A stretch of DNA of 32,000 nt, from contig OZ252021.1 in assembly GCA_965247685.1 (NCBI GenBank), forward strand, positions 600,001 to 632,000. Reading direction: 5' to 3'. The notes below the pieces were generated by a model. That model searched no databases. It was not told where the DNA came from and saw only the letters and a list, made by a program, of their open reading frames with translations. This document shows positions 1-11,550 of this stretch, in pieces (position 1 is the stretch's first letter; every line of letters begins with the position of its first letter). The position numbers were made by a program, and so were the translations under genes. This DNA is from Bdellovibrionales bacterium (GTDB taxonomy: Bacteria; Bdellovibrionota; Bdellovibrionia; Bdellovibrionales; UBA1609).

Positions 1-104
1 GTTTCTATTGGATAAATTAAAATCTGCAAAGGTAAACTCTGATTTTCTAAATAACATGAGTAATTAATTTATTTTGCAACAAAATAGAGTGCCAATGGAT
101 TCAA

Positions 105-1160
105 ATGTGGGATCAACTAAAAGAGATGGAGAAGCAATACTGCGAGCTTGAAGAGCAGTTGCAAAGTCACAATCTTCTTAAAGATAAACAACAATATCAA
201 AAGATTATTACTGAACATGCTAAATTTAAACACACTGTGGAATTATATAGAGATTATAAGTCTTTAGAGGAGTCCTTAAAAGAACATTTGAAAATGAAAG
301 AAGAGGATGTAGATTTAGCTCCTTTAGTTGAAGAAGAAATTCGACTAATTCAAAAAAAAATAAAGTATAAAGAAGAAGAATTAAGAGGTATTTTTCAAAG
401 TAAATCCAAAGATGTTTTAGATCAAAAGAATGTAATTATAGAACTCAGAGCTGGTGCAGGTGGAGAAGAGGCGGGGTTATTTTGTAGAGAATTATTTCAG
501 TCCTATGAAAAGTACGCTTATTCTAAGAATTGGAAAGTAGATATGCTTTCATGCTCTCTTCTTCCTTCAGGGGGATTTAGAGAAGTCATTGCAAAAATTA
601 ATGGAAAAGATGTCTATGCACATATGAAATTTGAAAGAGGAGTTCACCGAGTACAAAGAGTTCCTCAAACAGAATCCCAAGGTCGTGTACATACATCAAC
701 AATCACAGTAGCTGTTTTACCGGAAGCAAGTCCCAAAGATGTTCAAATTAAAATGGAAGATGTGCGTGTAGATTACTATCGTTCTAGCGGAGCAGGGGGG
801 CAGCATGTAAATACCACAGACTCTGCCGTTCGCCTCACTCATAAACCCACTAAAATTACAGTATCTTGCCAAGATGAAAAATCTCAACATGCCAATAAGG
901 ATAAAGCTTTTAAAATTTTATATGCTCGATTATTTGCTTTTGTTGAAGAAGAAAAAAGAAAAAAAGATTCTCAAATGAGGCTCCAACAAATCGGAACAGG
1001 AGATCGATCAGAAAAAATTAGAACTTATAACTTTCCTCAAAGTCGGGTGACAGACCATCGAATTTCAATAAGTCTACATTCTTTAGATCGAGTGATGAAA
1101 GGAGATATGGATCTATTGATTCAACCACTTATAGAGGAATCCAATAAGTTAAAAGTGTGA
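105..1160 (+). CDS. prfA: Peptide chain release factor 1
   Basis: 351-aa ORF with the GGQ motif (SGAGGQHVNTTDSAVRLTH) and the RF1-type PxT region (RVQRVPQTESQGRVHTS). It is followed by prmC, as in the conserved prfA-prmC pair. Confidence 0.95.
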   Translation: MWDQLKEMEKQYCELEEQLQSHNLLKDKQQYQKIITEHAKFKHTVELYRDYKSLEESLKEHLKMKEEDVDLAPLVEEEIRLIQKKIKYKEEELRGIFQSKSKDVLDQKNVIIELRAGAGGEEAGLFCRELFQSYEKYAYSKNWKVDMLSCSLLPSGGFREVIAKINGKDVYAHMKFERGVHRVQRVPQTESQGRVHTSTITVAVLPEASPKDVQIKMEDVRVDYYRSSGAGGQHVNTTDSAVRLTHKPTKITVSCQDEKSQHANKDKAFKILYARLFAFVEEEKRKKDSQMRLQQIGTGDRSEKIRTYNFPQSRVTDHRISISLHSLDRVMKGDMDLLIQPLIEESNKLKV

Positions 1161-1182
1161 GTGGATAGATTTCAGGAGTAAA

Positions 1183-2025
1183 ATGACAACTGTTGGACAA
1201 TGGATTAAAATTCCCTCTTTTATTTCTTCTTTTAATAAAGAATATATTCTTCAAAGTCTTTTAAAAAAGACAAAGAGTGAACTTTATCTTTCTTGGAATA
1301 CTGTTCTCACAAAAGATCAACTCAAGAAATGCTCTATAGCTTTATCTTTATGTGAAAAAGGAGTGCCTTTAGCTTATGTTTTTAAAGAAACTAATTTTTA
1401 CTCATCTACTTTTCAAGTAAATAAAAATGTTTTCATCCCACGCATAGATACAGAAGTACTTATAGATGTTGTTTTACATCAGATAAAAACTCCGCCTCAG
1501 CATTTTATGGATTGGGGATGCGGCAGCGGTTGTATTGGTTTAAGTTTGCTCAGAAAATGGTCTACATCCCATTTAATTTCTATTGATAAAAGTCAGGAAG
1601 CTATTTCTTGCACTCAAAACAATGCTTCAGCTTTAAATTTTCATGACAACAGCTTTTCTTCTCTTCACCAAGATGTTTTTTTTTTAGAAACAAAAAAGTT
1701 TCCACCTATTTCTTTAATAGTGGCTAACCCTCCTTACATTGCTTGGGAAGATCCCTATTTAGACAGTCAAGTTAAGATGTATGAACCACATGCAGCTTTA
1801 TTTTCAGGGGGGACAGGATTAGAATGTATTGAAGACTGGATTGAAAAAGCGATTGAATTTTTATCTTTACAAGGAGGAGATTATATTTTTGAAATTGGAT
1901 TTGACCAATTTAAAAAGGTAAAGCGAATAATTCAAAAATACCCATTGATTTGTTATTCTAAATTTTATAAAGATTACCAACAACATCATCGAGTCGTTCA
2001 TTGTGTTGTGAGAAAAAAATATTAA
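1183..2025 (+). CDS. prmC: Release-factor glutamine N5-methyltransferase (HemK/PrmC)
   Basis: 280-aa ORF with a SAM-binding motif (DWGCGSGCIGLSL) and the NPPY catalytic motif (VANPPYI). It lies immediately downstream of prfA. Confidence 0.9.
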   Translation: MTTVGQWIKIPSFISSFNKEYILQSLLKKTKSELYLSWNTVLTKDQLKKCSIALSLCEKGVPLAYVFKETNFYSSTFQVNKNVFIPRIDTEVLIDVVLHQIKTPPQHFMDWGCGSGCIGLSLLRKWSTSHLISIDKSQEAISCTQNNASALNFHDNSFSSLHQDVFFLETKKFPPISLIVANPPYIAWEDPYLDSQVKMYEPHAALFSGGTGLECIEDWIEKAIEFLSLQGGDYIFEIGFDQFKKVKRIIQKYPLICYSKFYKDYQQHHRVVHCVVRKKY

Positions 2026-2036
2026 AAAGGTAAGAT

Positions 2037-3293
2037 ATGGATCGCATTTTGATAAAAGGGGGAGTCTCTTTAAAAGGGAGCGTTGAAGCAAGTGGAGCTA
2101 AGAACTCTATTCTTCCTTTATTATTTTCTACTTTGCTTTCAGAAGGAATACATACTTTTCATAATGTTCCTCATGTCAAAGATGTTTTAACAGCTATCTC
2201 AATTTTAAAACAATTTGGCTGCACAATTGAAAAAATAAATTCTTCTTTAAAAATAAAAGTACCTCTAAAGCTTAGTGCTTTTAAAGCTCACTACGACTTA
2301 ATGAAAACTATGAGAGCGGGGGTTTTATGTTTAGGACCTTTGCTTGCTCGACAAGGTCAAGCTCAGGTGAGTTTACCTGGAGGTTGTGCGATAGGATTAC
2401 GACCTGTTAACTTTCATATTGAAAATTTAAAAAATTTGGGCGCTTTGATAGAAATAGAAAAAGGATATATCAATGGAAAAGTGACTTCCAAAAAATTAAA
2501 AGGAAATGTTTTATCTTTAAAAAAACCGTCTGTAGGAGCTACACAAAATTTGATGATGGCAGCGACCTTAGCACAAGGGGAAACTCAAATAACAAACGCC
2601 GCTCGGGAACCTGAAGTGCTAGATTTAGCAAAATACTTGATTCAAATGGGGGCTCAAATTCAAGGTGTTGGTACCAGTCAAGTGATTATAAACGGAGTGG
2701 ATGGCCTCAAGCCTTCTACGCATACTGTAATTTCTGATCGTATAGAGGTTGCAACACTTTTAATGGCCGTAGCTATAACAAAAGGAAGTGTTCGTGTAAC
2801 TCAATGCCACCCTACTCATCTTGTGTCTGTTATTGAAAGTTTAAGGGAAAGTGGTTTTGATATTCAAATAGGTGAGGATTGGATTGAGCTTCATTCTCCC
2901 TCTTCTTTTTCTGCTCTTTCTTTATCAACCTCTTTTTACCCTGGTTTTCCTACTGATTTACAAGCTCAATTTATGGCTTTAATGACACAAGCCCAAGGAG
3001 AAAGCCGTGTCGAGGAGTGTATTTTTGAAAATCGCTTTATGCACGTTCCTGAACTGATAAGGTTGAATGCAAATATTAAAATTGCAGATCAAACTGCAAT
3101 AGTTAAAGGTCCTTGTGTGTTAAAAGGGGCTTCTGTTACAGCTACAGATTTAAGGGCGAGTTCTTGTTTAGTGCTTGCCGGTTTAGTTGCGAAGGGTGAG
3201 ACTTGCATTCATCGAGTTTATCACTTAGACCGAGGTTATGAAAAATTGGAGCAAAAACTCTCAAAATTAGGGGCTCATATCCGCAGAGTTTAA
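2037..3293 (+). CDS. murA: UDP-N-acetylglucosamine 1-carboxyvinyltransferase
   Basis: 418-aa ORF with the typical MurA N-terminus (ILIKGGVSLKGSVEASGAKNSILPLL), the active-site Cys loop (LPGGCAIGLRPV) and a C-terminal HLDRGYEKLEQKL motif. Confidence 0.95.
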   Translation: MDRILIKGGVSLKGSVEASGAKNSILPLLFSTLLSEGIHTFHNVPHVKDVLTAISILKQFGCTIEKINSSLKIKVPLKLSAFKAHYDLMKTMRAGVLCLGPLLARQGQAQVSLPGGCAIGLRPVNFHIENLKNLGALIEIEKGYINGKVTSKKLKGNVLSLKKPSVGATQNLMMAATLAQGETQITNAAREPEVLDLAKYLIQMGAQIQGVGTSQVIINGVDGLKPSTHTVISDRIEVATLLMAVAITKGSVRVTQCHPTHLVSVIESLRESGFDIQIGEDWIELHSPSSFSALSLSTSFYPGFPTDLQAQFMALMTQAQGESRVEECIFENRFMHVPELIRLNANIKIADQTAIVKGPCVLKGASVTATDLRASSCLVLAGLVAKGETCIHRVYHLDRGYEKLEQKLSKLGAHIRRV

Positions 3294-3373
3294 CAAAAAT
3301 CATATTTTTTCGTAAAGCTTCATAAAAACTTCAACTTTTTTTAAGTTATTATGCACTTTTTCCGAATTATAGT

Positions 3374-6255
3374 TTGTGGTTAATTAAAAGTAAAAATTTG
3401 AAAATTACAGGCCCTTTTTCGGAAGAAGAAGTTTGCCTCAAAATCCAGTCTTCTCACTTTGATGGTGATGAGCTTATTTCTCAGCACCCTTTCGAACATT
3501 GGGTGCATATTTCTTCTTACCCTCGGTTTTATGAAGAATTGTTAAAATCTTTATCTCAAGAAGCCCTAGATAAAAAAATAGAAATGTCTCAATCTGTTGA
3601 AAAAATAGATTTAAAAGAACAATTTATTATTTCTATGAGTACTAGAAAGGGTGAACAAATAAATGCTGATCAAAAAGATAAATTTAAAACTAGCCGATCC
3701 AATAAAAGAAAAAATAAAAAATCTGTTCAAAAACCATCTTTCATACAAACTCAGAATCAAAAGATTAAGATAAAAAGAAAAGAACACGATCCTTCTATTA
3801 TTGAAATGGGGAATATTCAAAAGGAGAAATCTAAAAGCTTTATCAAAAAAATGATACTTCCTTTAATTGTTGGTGCAGTTCTTTTAGGGGTTGTTTTTCA
3901 GCTTTCTAAACATTCTTATAACTTATCTTCGAATGTGAAGAATGATGTTCAACTTTTAATCCCTAGGAATCATATGTCTTCCCTTTCTCAGAAAGAAATA
4001 AAAAGTATTATTGTTAAGGGGCTTCAGTTTTTCGTACAAGATCAAGTTTCTTTTTATGTAAAAGCACAAAATGAATTTGTAAGAGCTATTGAAGGAAGCT
4101 CTTCTAATGTTTTAGCTTTAGCTTATTTGTGTTTAACTTATTTTGAATTATGGCCTTATTCTTCAAAAAGTTCTCAAGAGATAAAAGCTGTAGATGCATT
4201 AAATAAACAAATAGGAAAATTAAATCAAGGAGGAGCTTATTCAGCCCTTTGTCGTTCAGTTCAACTTTTAGTGAAGGAAAATTATGAAGAAGCTTATAGT
4301 CTTATTCAAACATCTATTGGGGAATTGGATCAAAACAAACAATCAGAAAATATTTCGCCTTTCTTTTATTATTTTAAAAGCATTATTCAAGCTCAAGAGT
4401 TAAAGTATGATCAAGCTTTATTGAGTTTGAAACAAACAAGTACTTTATTTCCTCAATGGGTGCGTCCTTATGTTTTAGAAGGAAGATTTTTGAAGAAAAA
4501 TAATCAAATAAGTTCTTCTTTAAAATCATATACAAAAGCTGTGCAAATGAATCCTCAGCATAAAGTTGCTGTTTTGAACCAAGGTGTGTTGACAGTTCAA
4601 TTTTTAAAGAAATATAAGAAAGGAGAGGCTACTATTCAAGGAGCGCTTAAGTGGCCAGAAATAATTCCTGCTGAAGATTTAGGCGAAGCGTACTTTGCTT
4701 TATTTCAAATTGCTCAAATCAATAATGATACTGAAAAAATAAAAGAATATGCTCAAAAATCTTTGATATTAAAGCCAGAAAATCGAGAGCTAAAAAAATA
4801 CTTTTCACAATTTCAAGATAAAAAAATTGAAAAAACAGAGATCAAAAGTCGTCTATTGATTGAGCAAGGAGATCAGTTTATTCGCGAAGGAAAGCCTCTT
4901 AAAGCAAGGGATTATTATAAAAGGGCATTTAAATTAGACAAAGGAAGAAATGCTATTGCTGCAACCAAGCTAGGAGAAAATTTATGGAACTTTGGTTTAA
5001 ACGATAAAGCTATCTCTTGGCTCAATAAAGCTGTCGTAGCCAATCCGGATCATATTCGAGCTTATATTCTGCTTTCTGATTATTACTCGGAAAATTATGA
5101 GTTCAAAAAATCTGTGGAAAACTTAGGAATGGCAAATAGAAAATTTCCAGAAAGTTTAGATGTGATTAAAGGATACGCTAATTTGAGTTTGAAAAAAAAT
5201 GATTTTGAATCATCGATTTATTACGCAAAGAAAGCTTTGGAGCTTTATGAAGCTGATGTGGAATCACATATCATTCTTTCAAAGGCTTATGCATACGATG
5301 GAAAAAAGGACGAAGCTTTGAAAGCAGCAAAACGAGCTTTAGAAATTAACAGTAATGATAGAAATGTTCAGATTCAATATGCAACTTCCTTAGGAAGTAT
5401 ATATGGAGTAGATGTTACTTTTGATTATTTTGATCAATTAATTAGTAATACAGAAAAAGATTCTCAAAATCACATTGAGTATGCTCTTGCATTAGCTCAA
5501 TTTCTTTACAGCAACTTAAAATATGATCAAGCTTTAAGTGTTTTAGAAAGCCTTTCAAATGTGGAAGAAAAACCCAGTCGATATTTTATTTTAAAAGGAA
5601 AAATTTATAGTATAAATAAACATACAATCCCACAAGCTTACGAAGAGTTTATTAACGCAGCTTCTTTAGAACCTAAGAATCCAAAGATTATGTTCCACAT
5701 TGCTCAAATTTTAATGAGGAGTAGTGAATATATACAAGCTCGAAAGAATTTTCAAAAACTCTTAAATTTTTATCCTCGCTATCCTCAAATACATTACTAT
5801 ATTGCTGAAACCTATTTTAAAGAGGGAGGAAAAGAAAACCTCCATCTTGCTTTAAAAGAGACGGAAATAGAAAGTCGACTTAACCCTTTTATTCCAGAAA
5901 ATTATCAACTTTCTGGAGAAATTTACTATACTCTTGGTAAATACACACTTTGTGCACAGTCCTTTCAAAAAGCTATTGAATTAATACCAGATAACTCAGA
6001 ACTTTATCTTCGGGTAGCCGAGTGTTATAGAAGAGCAGGTTATTTAGATCTTGCATTAAAAATGCTCAAAAGTGCTTCCAATGGAAAGGATAAACTAGTT
6101 GCTAATCCTAAAATCTACAGAGAGCTTGGAGCAATTTACGAAATAAAAAAAGACTATGACAATGCGACTAAATCTTATAGTATTTATTTAAATCTTATAC
6201 CTCACGCAAAAGATAAAGAAGATATTCAAAATAGAGTGAAACAGTTTGGTCAATA

Positions 6256-6256
<1 letters not shown>
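3374..6256 (+). CDS. Membrane-anchored GYF-like / TPR-repeat protein
   Basis: 960-aa ORF with a TTG start. The N-terminus resembles a GYF_2-type domain (WLIKSKNLKITGPFSEEEV...WVHISS). A Lys-rich linker and one TM helix (MILPLIVGAVLLGVVFQL) follow, then about 700 aa of TPR-like 34-aa repeats (A..Y..A..l.P patterns). Confidence 0.8.
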
Positions 6257-7810
<1,554 letters not shown>

Positions 7811-7996
7811 CTTTCGCTTTACGTTCCTTCAAAAGTAATGTTTCGACGGCAGATCCTGGTAATCCCTTTTTTTTGAGTTTACTAATGAAAAAAAGCACTA
7901 CAAATAAAGATAGAATGAGAAAGTTAATTTTCACGTATAGATAAAGTTGTTTTTTAGTTAGCTTCATTTTTATATGATATAAACACTCGTTGTTTT

Positions 7997-8072
<76 letters not shown>

Positions 8073-8183
8073 AAATTCATCAAAAATTTAATCAAGAGTC
8101 TTCTTTTCTGTCAATAAACTTCCACGATAGCATTGATTTATTTTTTAATAAAGGATAGTTTTATTCATTGTATTTTTCTTTCT

Positions 8184-8273
8184 GGAGAGGTGGCAGAGTG
8201 GTCGATTGCACTGGTCTTGAAAATCAGCAGGCCTTTGCGGGTCTCGTGAGTTCGAATCTCACCCTCTCCGCCA
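8184..8273 (+). tRNA. tRNA-Ser (anticodon TGA)
   Basis: 90-nt class II tRNA. The acceptor stem is GGAGAGG/CCTCTCC and the anticodon loop is CTTGAAA. It has a long variable arm (GCAGGCCTTTGCGGGTC), a T-arm containing GGTTCGAATC-like sequence (GAGTTCGAATCTC) and an encoded CCA. Confidence 0.9.
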
Positions 8274-8381
8274 TTTTGCTAAATCAATTTATTTAGATCA
8301 ATGGTTATATATGGTTTTTTTAGACCTGTTTAACTCAAGAAAATATGTCAGATTAAAGATTTACTGACAGAAACTCTTTTG

Positions 8382-8975
8382 GAAAAAAATCGGATAAAGA
8401 TATAAGAAGTAGTTTTAAGGAAGAAAGAAATCTATCTTTTTGGCAGCGACTTTTTTTTCCAAAAATCTTCTAATTGATAATAACTTCTAAGATAATCATA
8501 AAAAATATGTATTATTAGGAAATGATAATCGAGAACTATCCATTGAGACAAAGCTTCTCCTTCTACATGCTTAGGTACAAGTCCATATTTATTTTTTATG
8601 TAATCTTGAAGAGCTAAGGATAGAGCCTGCACATGACGAGTGTTAAGCCCTGAAAGGGTTAAAATATTTTCATATACAGCTTCTTCAAAAGAAAACCATT
8701 CTGGATGAAGAGCCCCTTTATCTTTTGAAAATGAAACTAAATCGTTGAACCAATCTTTTTTTGAGAGTGGTTCAATGTGCTGATAGTAGTTTTGAATTAA
8801 TGGAATCAGTTTTGAAGGAACATCATCTTCTATAGGTAATTGGAATTGGATTTTATGACGAATAAGATTTGAAGATAAGTATTGGAATTTTTGAGTATGT
8901 AAAAGATGAATCTGTTTTTTAGTGATAAATTCTCCTGAGTGTTTATCAAGTTTTTTTAAATATCTTTTTAAAAGA
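8382..8975. repeat. Direct repeat copy 1 (~594 bp) of the 3' part of nadD::rsfS plus downstream flank
   Basis: Matches 10957..11550 at a constant offset of 2575 bp. Identity is near perfect. There is one synonymous difference inside the coding part (ACT/ACG Thr) and a few mismatches clustered in the first ~50 bp, the non-coding end. Confidence 0.9.
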
Positions 8976-8989
8976 GGTTGATCTATCAA
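8432..8989 (-). pseudogene. Displaced 3' fragment of nadD::rsfS (C-terminal part of NadD plus the complete RsfS-like domain)
   Basis: The 185-aa ORF is identical to residues ~146-324 of the 324-aa protein at 11007..11981. Only its first ~5 codons, including a TTG start, come from unrelated island DNA. The NadD N-terminal HxGH part is missing. Confidence 0.75.
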
Positions 8990-9171
8990 ACCATCAAATA
9001 TCTAGAATTGATTATGCTGTCGATTATCCTATAAAGTTTGATGACTTTTCAAAGTGCTTTGATATTAGATATAAACAATCAATTAGAGAATACATGGAGA
9101 TGTCAAGAAACTCCACTTCAAATAAAAGTTCAGAGAGTTGATTTAAAGATTCAGCAATACGAGGAAATTAG

Positions 9172-9420
9172 ATTCTTAGATGTTCGAGTCCTAATTTAGC
9201 TAGGCTTATTGAATTTAGATCAATTCCTACTGATACGACAGGTTATGTTGTTCCTGTTTCTAAAGATGGTGTGTTAGGTAAAGTAACAATTGCAGAATTA
9301 TCTTCAGAAAATAGTCAAGGTGGCGGAGGTTTAAGTAGAACGCAAGTTGATGCCAGAGTCAGGGATACAGTTGAGGATTGGGCTGAGGTTAGTAATTCAG
9401 CTTACTGTAAAGGAATCTAA
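9172..9420 (+). pseudogene. Orphan 3' gene fragment (unknown function, no start codon)
   Basis: An 82-codon open frame without any Met, ending at TAA 9418-9420 (…IPTDTTGYVVPVSKDGVLGKVTIAELSSENSQGGGGLSRTQVDARVRDTVEDWAEV…). It is preceded by an in-frame TAG. To me it is reminiscent of phage structural/fibre-like tails, but I cannot assign it. Confidence 0.35.
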
Positions 9421-9435
9421 GCAAAAAATTCATTT

Positions 9436-10518
9436 CTAAGTTTTTAAACATTTCAACATTCCATGATTATAATAAAGTATATATTTCCCAGATCGTTTTT
9501 TCTCTAATAGACCAGCTTTTTCTAAATCAGATAAGTATTTACTAGCTGTTTGATAGGTTATGTTTAATTTCTTACCCACAGCAGTTGGATAAGTTACAGG
9601 ATAAGTAAATAAATATTCTAGCAGCTCTTGGTTATAATTTAATTTATGTTTAGATTTAAGAATTTTTTTCATCTTATTTTTTTCTTCTATTATATCCGTG
9701 ATAACCTTTCGGGTAACTTCAGTTTGCCTGTGGAAAGCTTTCAGCATGAATTTAATAAACGTCAGCCAATGACCTGATTTTGTAATATTCAACAAACCAG
9801 AGTAATACTTTTGCCTGTTCTTAATAAGATAACCACTAACATACAACACAGGCCAATCAAGAAGTTTATAAAGTACCATCTGTAACACAACTAGTATTCT
9901 TCCTGTTCTTCCATTACCATCTAAAAAGGGGTGTATAGCTTCAAACTGATAATGGCTGATAGCTATTTTAATTAAAGGATCTATTTCTTTGTGTGAAGAA
10001 TGAATATAGTTCTCCCAGTTGCCCATTAAATCATTTATATGCCTTGGTGTAGGAGGCGTATAAATGGTTTTCGAATCCTCCACAATTTTATTTTCTTGTT
10101 TTTTAAAATACCCACCGTTTGACATGAGTTGACTGTGTATATCTAAGATAACTCTCGTTGGAAGAGATTGATAATTTTTAAGAGATTGAAATCCTCTATG
10201 AAGAGCATCTTTATATCTAAGAGTTTCTTTGCTATTGGGGTCTTTTTTCTTATCCAGCTTTATTTGAGCTTCTAAAAGTGTTTCAATAGTTGTATGAATT
10301 CCTTCTATTGCAGAACTGGATACACTTTCCTGTAAGATAGGAATATTCATTAAAAGAGAATAAGGATTTGGGATAGCTTGGCACAATCCATTTAGTTCAC
10401 CAATTGCTCTATTAGCTTTTATGGTGAGTTGTATTAGTTCTGGCTCAAGTAAATCCTCTTGTTTGAGATCAGGAGGTAACAGAGGTAAATCAAAAGAATA
10501 ATTAGGATTAAAAGTCAT
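9436..10518 (-). CDS. fic: Fic/DOC (Fido) family protein, class II type with a C-terminal winged-helix domain
   Basis: 360-aa ORF with the canonical Fic motif HPFLDGNGRTGR. It has an N-terminal Fic_N-like region carrying the inhibitory SxxxEG motif (SSAIEG). The C-terminus is wHTH-like (TYQTASKYLSDLEKAGLLEKKRSGKYILYYN). Confidence 0.9.
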   Translation of the reverse strand: MTFNPNYSFDLPLLPPDLKQEDLLEPELIQLTIKANRAIGELNGLCQAIPNPYSLLMNIPILQESVSSSAIEGIHTTIETLLEAQIKLDKKKDPNSKETLRYKDALHRGFQSLKNYQSLPTRVILDIHSQLMSNGGYFKKQENKIVEDSKTIYTPPTPRHINDLMGNWENYIHSSHKEIDPLIKIAISHYQFEAIHPFLDGNGRTGRILVVLQMVLYKLLDWPVLYVSGYLIKNRQKYYSGLLNITKSGHWLTFIKFMLKAFHRQTEVTRKVITDIIEEKNKMKKILKSKHKLNYNQELLEYLFTYPVTYPTAVGKKLNITYQTASKYLSDLEKAGLLEKKRSGKYILYYNHGMLKCLKT

Positions 10519-10579
10519 CTCTTAGGTTGCCAAAAATGATATACCTTTACTTAAAATACATCGATTTTTTATAGTTTTC

Positions 10580-10605
10580 TTAATATATTATAACCAATAT
10601 ATTAA
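10580..10605. promoter_or_regulatory. Perfect 10-bp inverted repeat upstream of fic (candidate operator)
   Basis: TTAATATATT-ataacc-AATATATTAA lies 62-87 nt upstream of the fic start codon. The sequence is AT-only, so chance occurrence in this AT-rich spacer is possible. Confidence 0.25.
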
Positions 10606-10956
10606 ATTTTTGTCAATTTTTTAATGTATTAATCTCTCATATTAAAAGAATCTATATTCGATACGATGGTAAAAACTTAGTTTTTAGGGTTCCTTTAGGG
10701 GTTTCATTCCAATTTTGAGAATTTTTCACCTTAGATTTTTTTATTTACATTTCAGAATCAACTGATATTTTTTCTTTTTTTTCAATGTATTTAACCCATT
10801 GATACATTTTATATTGGAAAAAGTTAGCGTCCTTAATAACAGTCTCTAATATAGATAGAGGCCTAACTAACAAGATCATAATACATTTAGCAGAGGTTTT
10901 TCCTTATCTGGGCTGGGGTGTTAAAACTAACGCTCCGAAATTGGCTGAAATAGCAA

Positions 10957-11550
10957 GAAAAAAATTGGATAAAGATATAAGAAGTGGCTTTAAGGAAGAA
11001 AGAAATCTATCTTTTTGGCAGCGACTTTTTTTTCCAAAAATCTTCTAATTGATAATAACTTCTAAGATAATCATAAAAAATATGTATTATTAGGAAATGA
11101 TAATCGAGAACTATCCATTGAGACAAAGCTTCTCCTTCTACATGCTTAGGTACAAGTCCATATTTATTTTTTATGTAATCTTGAAGAGCTAAGGATAGAG
11201 CCTGCACATGACGAGTGTTAAGCCCTGAAAGGGTTAAAATATTTTCATATACAGCTTCTTCAAAAGAAAACCATTCTGGATGAAGAGCCCCTTTATCTTT
11301 TGAAAATGAAACTAAATCGTTGAACCAATCTTTTTTTGAGAGTGGTTCAATGTGCTGATAGTAGTTTTGAATTAATGGAATCAGTTTTGAAGGAACATCA
11401 TCTTCTATAGGTAATTGGAATTGGATTTTATGACGAATAAGATTTGAAGATAAGTATTGGAATTTTTGAGTATGTAAAAGATGAATCTGTTTTTTCGTGA
11501 TAAATTCTCCTGAGTGTTTATCAAGTTTTTTTAAATATCTTTTTAAAAGA
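10957..11550. repeat. Direct repeat copy 2 (~594 bp), part of the intact nadD::rsfS gene
   Basis: Matches 8382..8975 (see copy 1). Identity stops abruptly at 11550/11551 versus 8975/8976. Confidence 0.9.

Noticed and set aside
8184-8273. tRNA-Ser as the attachment site of an integrase-mediated island.
   Set aside because: There is no integrase gene and no duplicated tRNA 3' segment anywhere in the window. The repeats that bracket the insertion are 594-bp copies of nadD::rsfS, not of the tRNA.
8346-8369. Hairpin TGTCAG-N12-CTGACA between tRNA-Ser and the rsfS fragment, as a bidirectional terminator.
   Set aside because: The stem is only 6 bp, the loop is large and there is no adjacent T-run. 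This is too weak to call.
10803-11050. Met-less open frame on the plus strand crossing the right repeat boundary (…AEVFPYLGWGVKTNAPKLAEIARKKLDKDIRSGF…).
   Set aside because: It has no start codon, overlaps the rsfS 3' end antisense and shows no recognisable family. It may be a remnant, but it cannot be supported.
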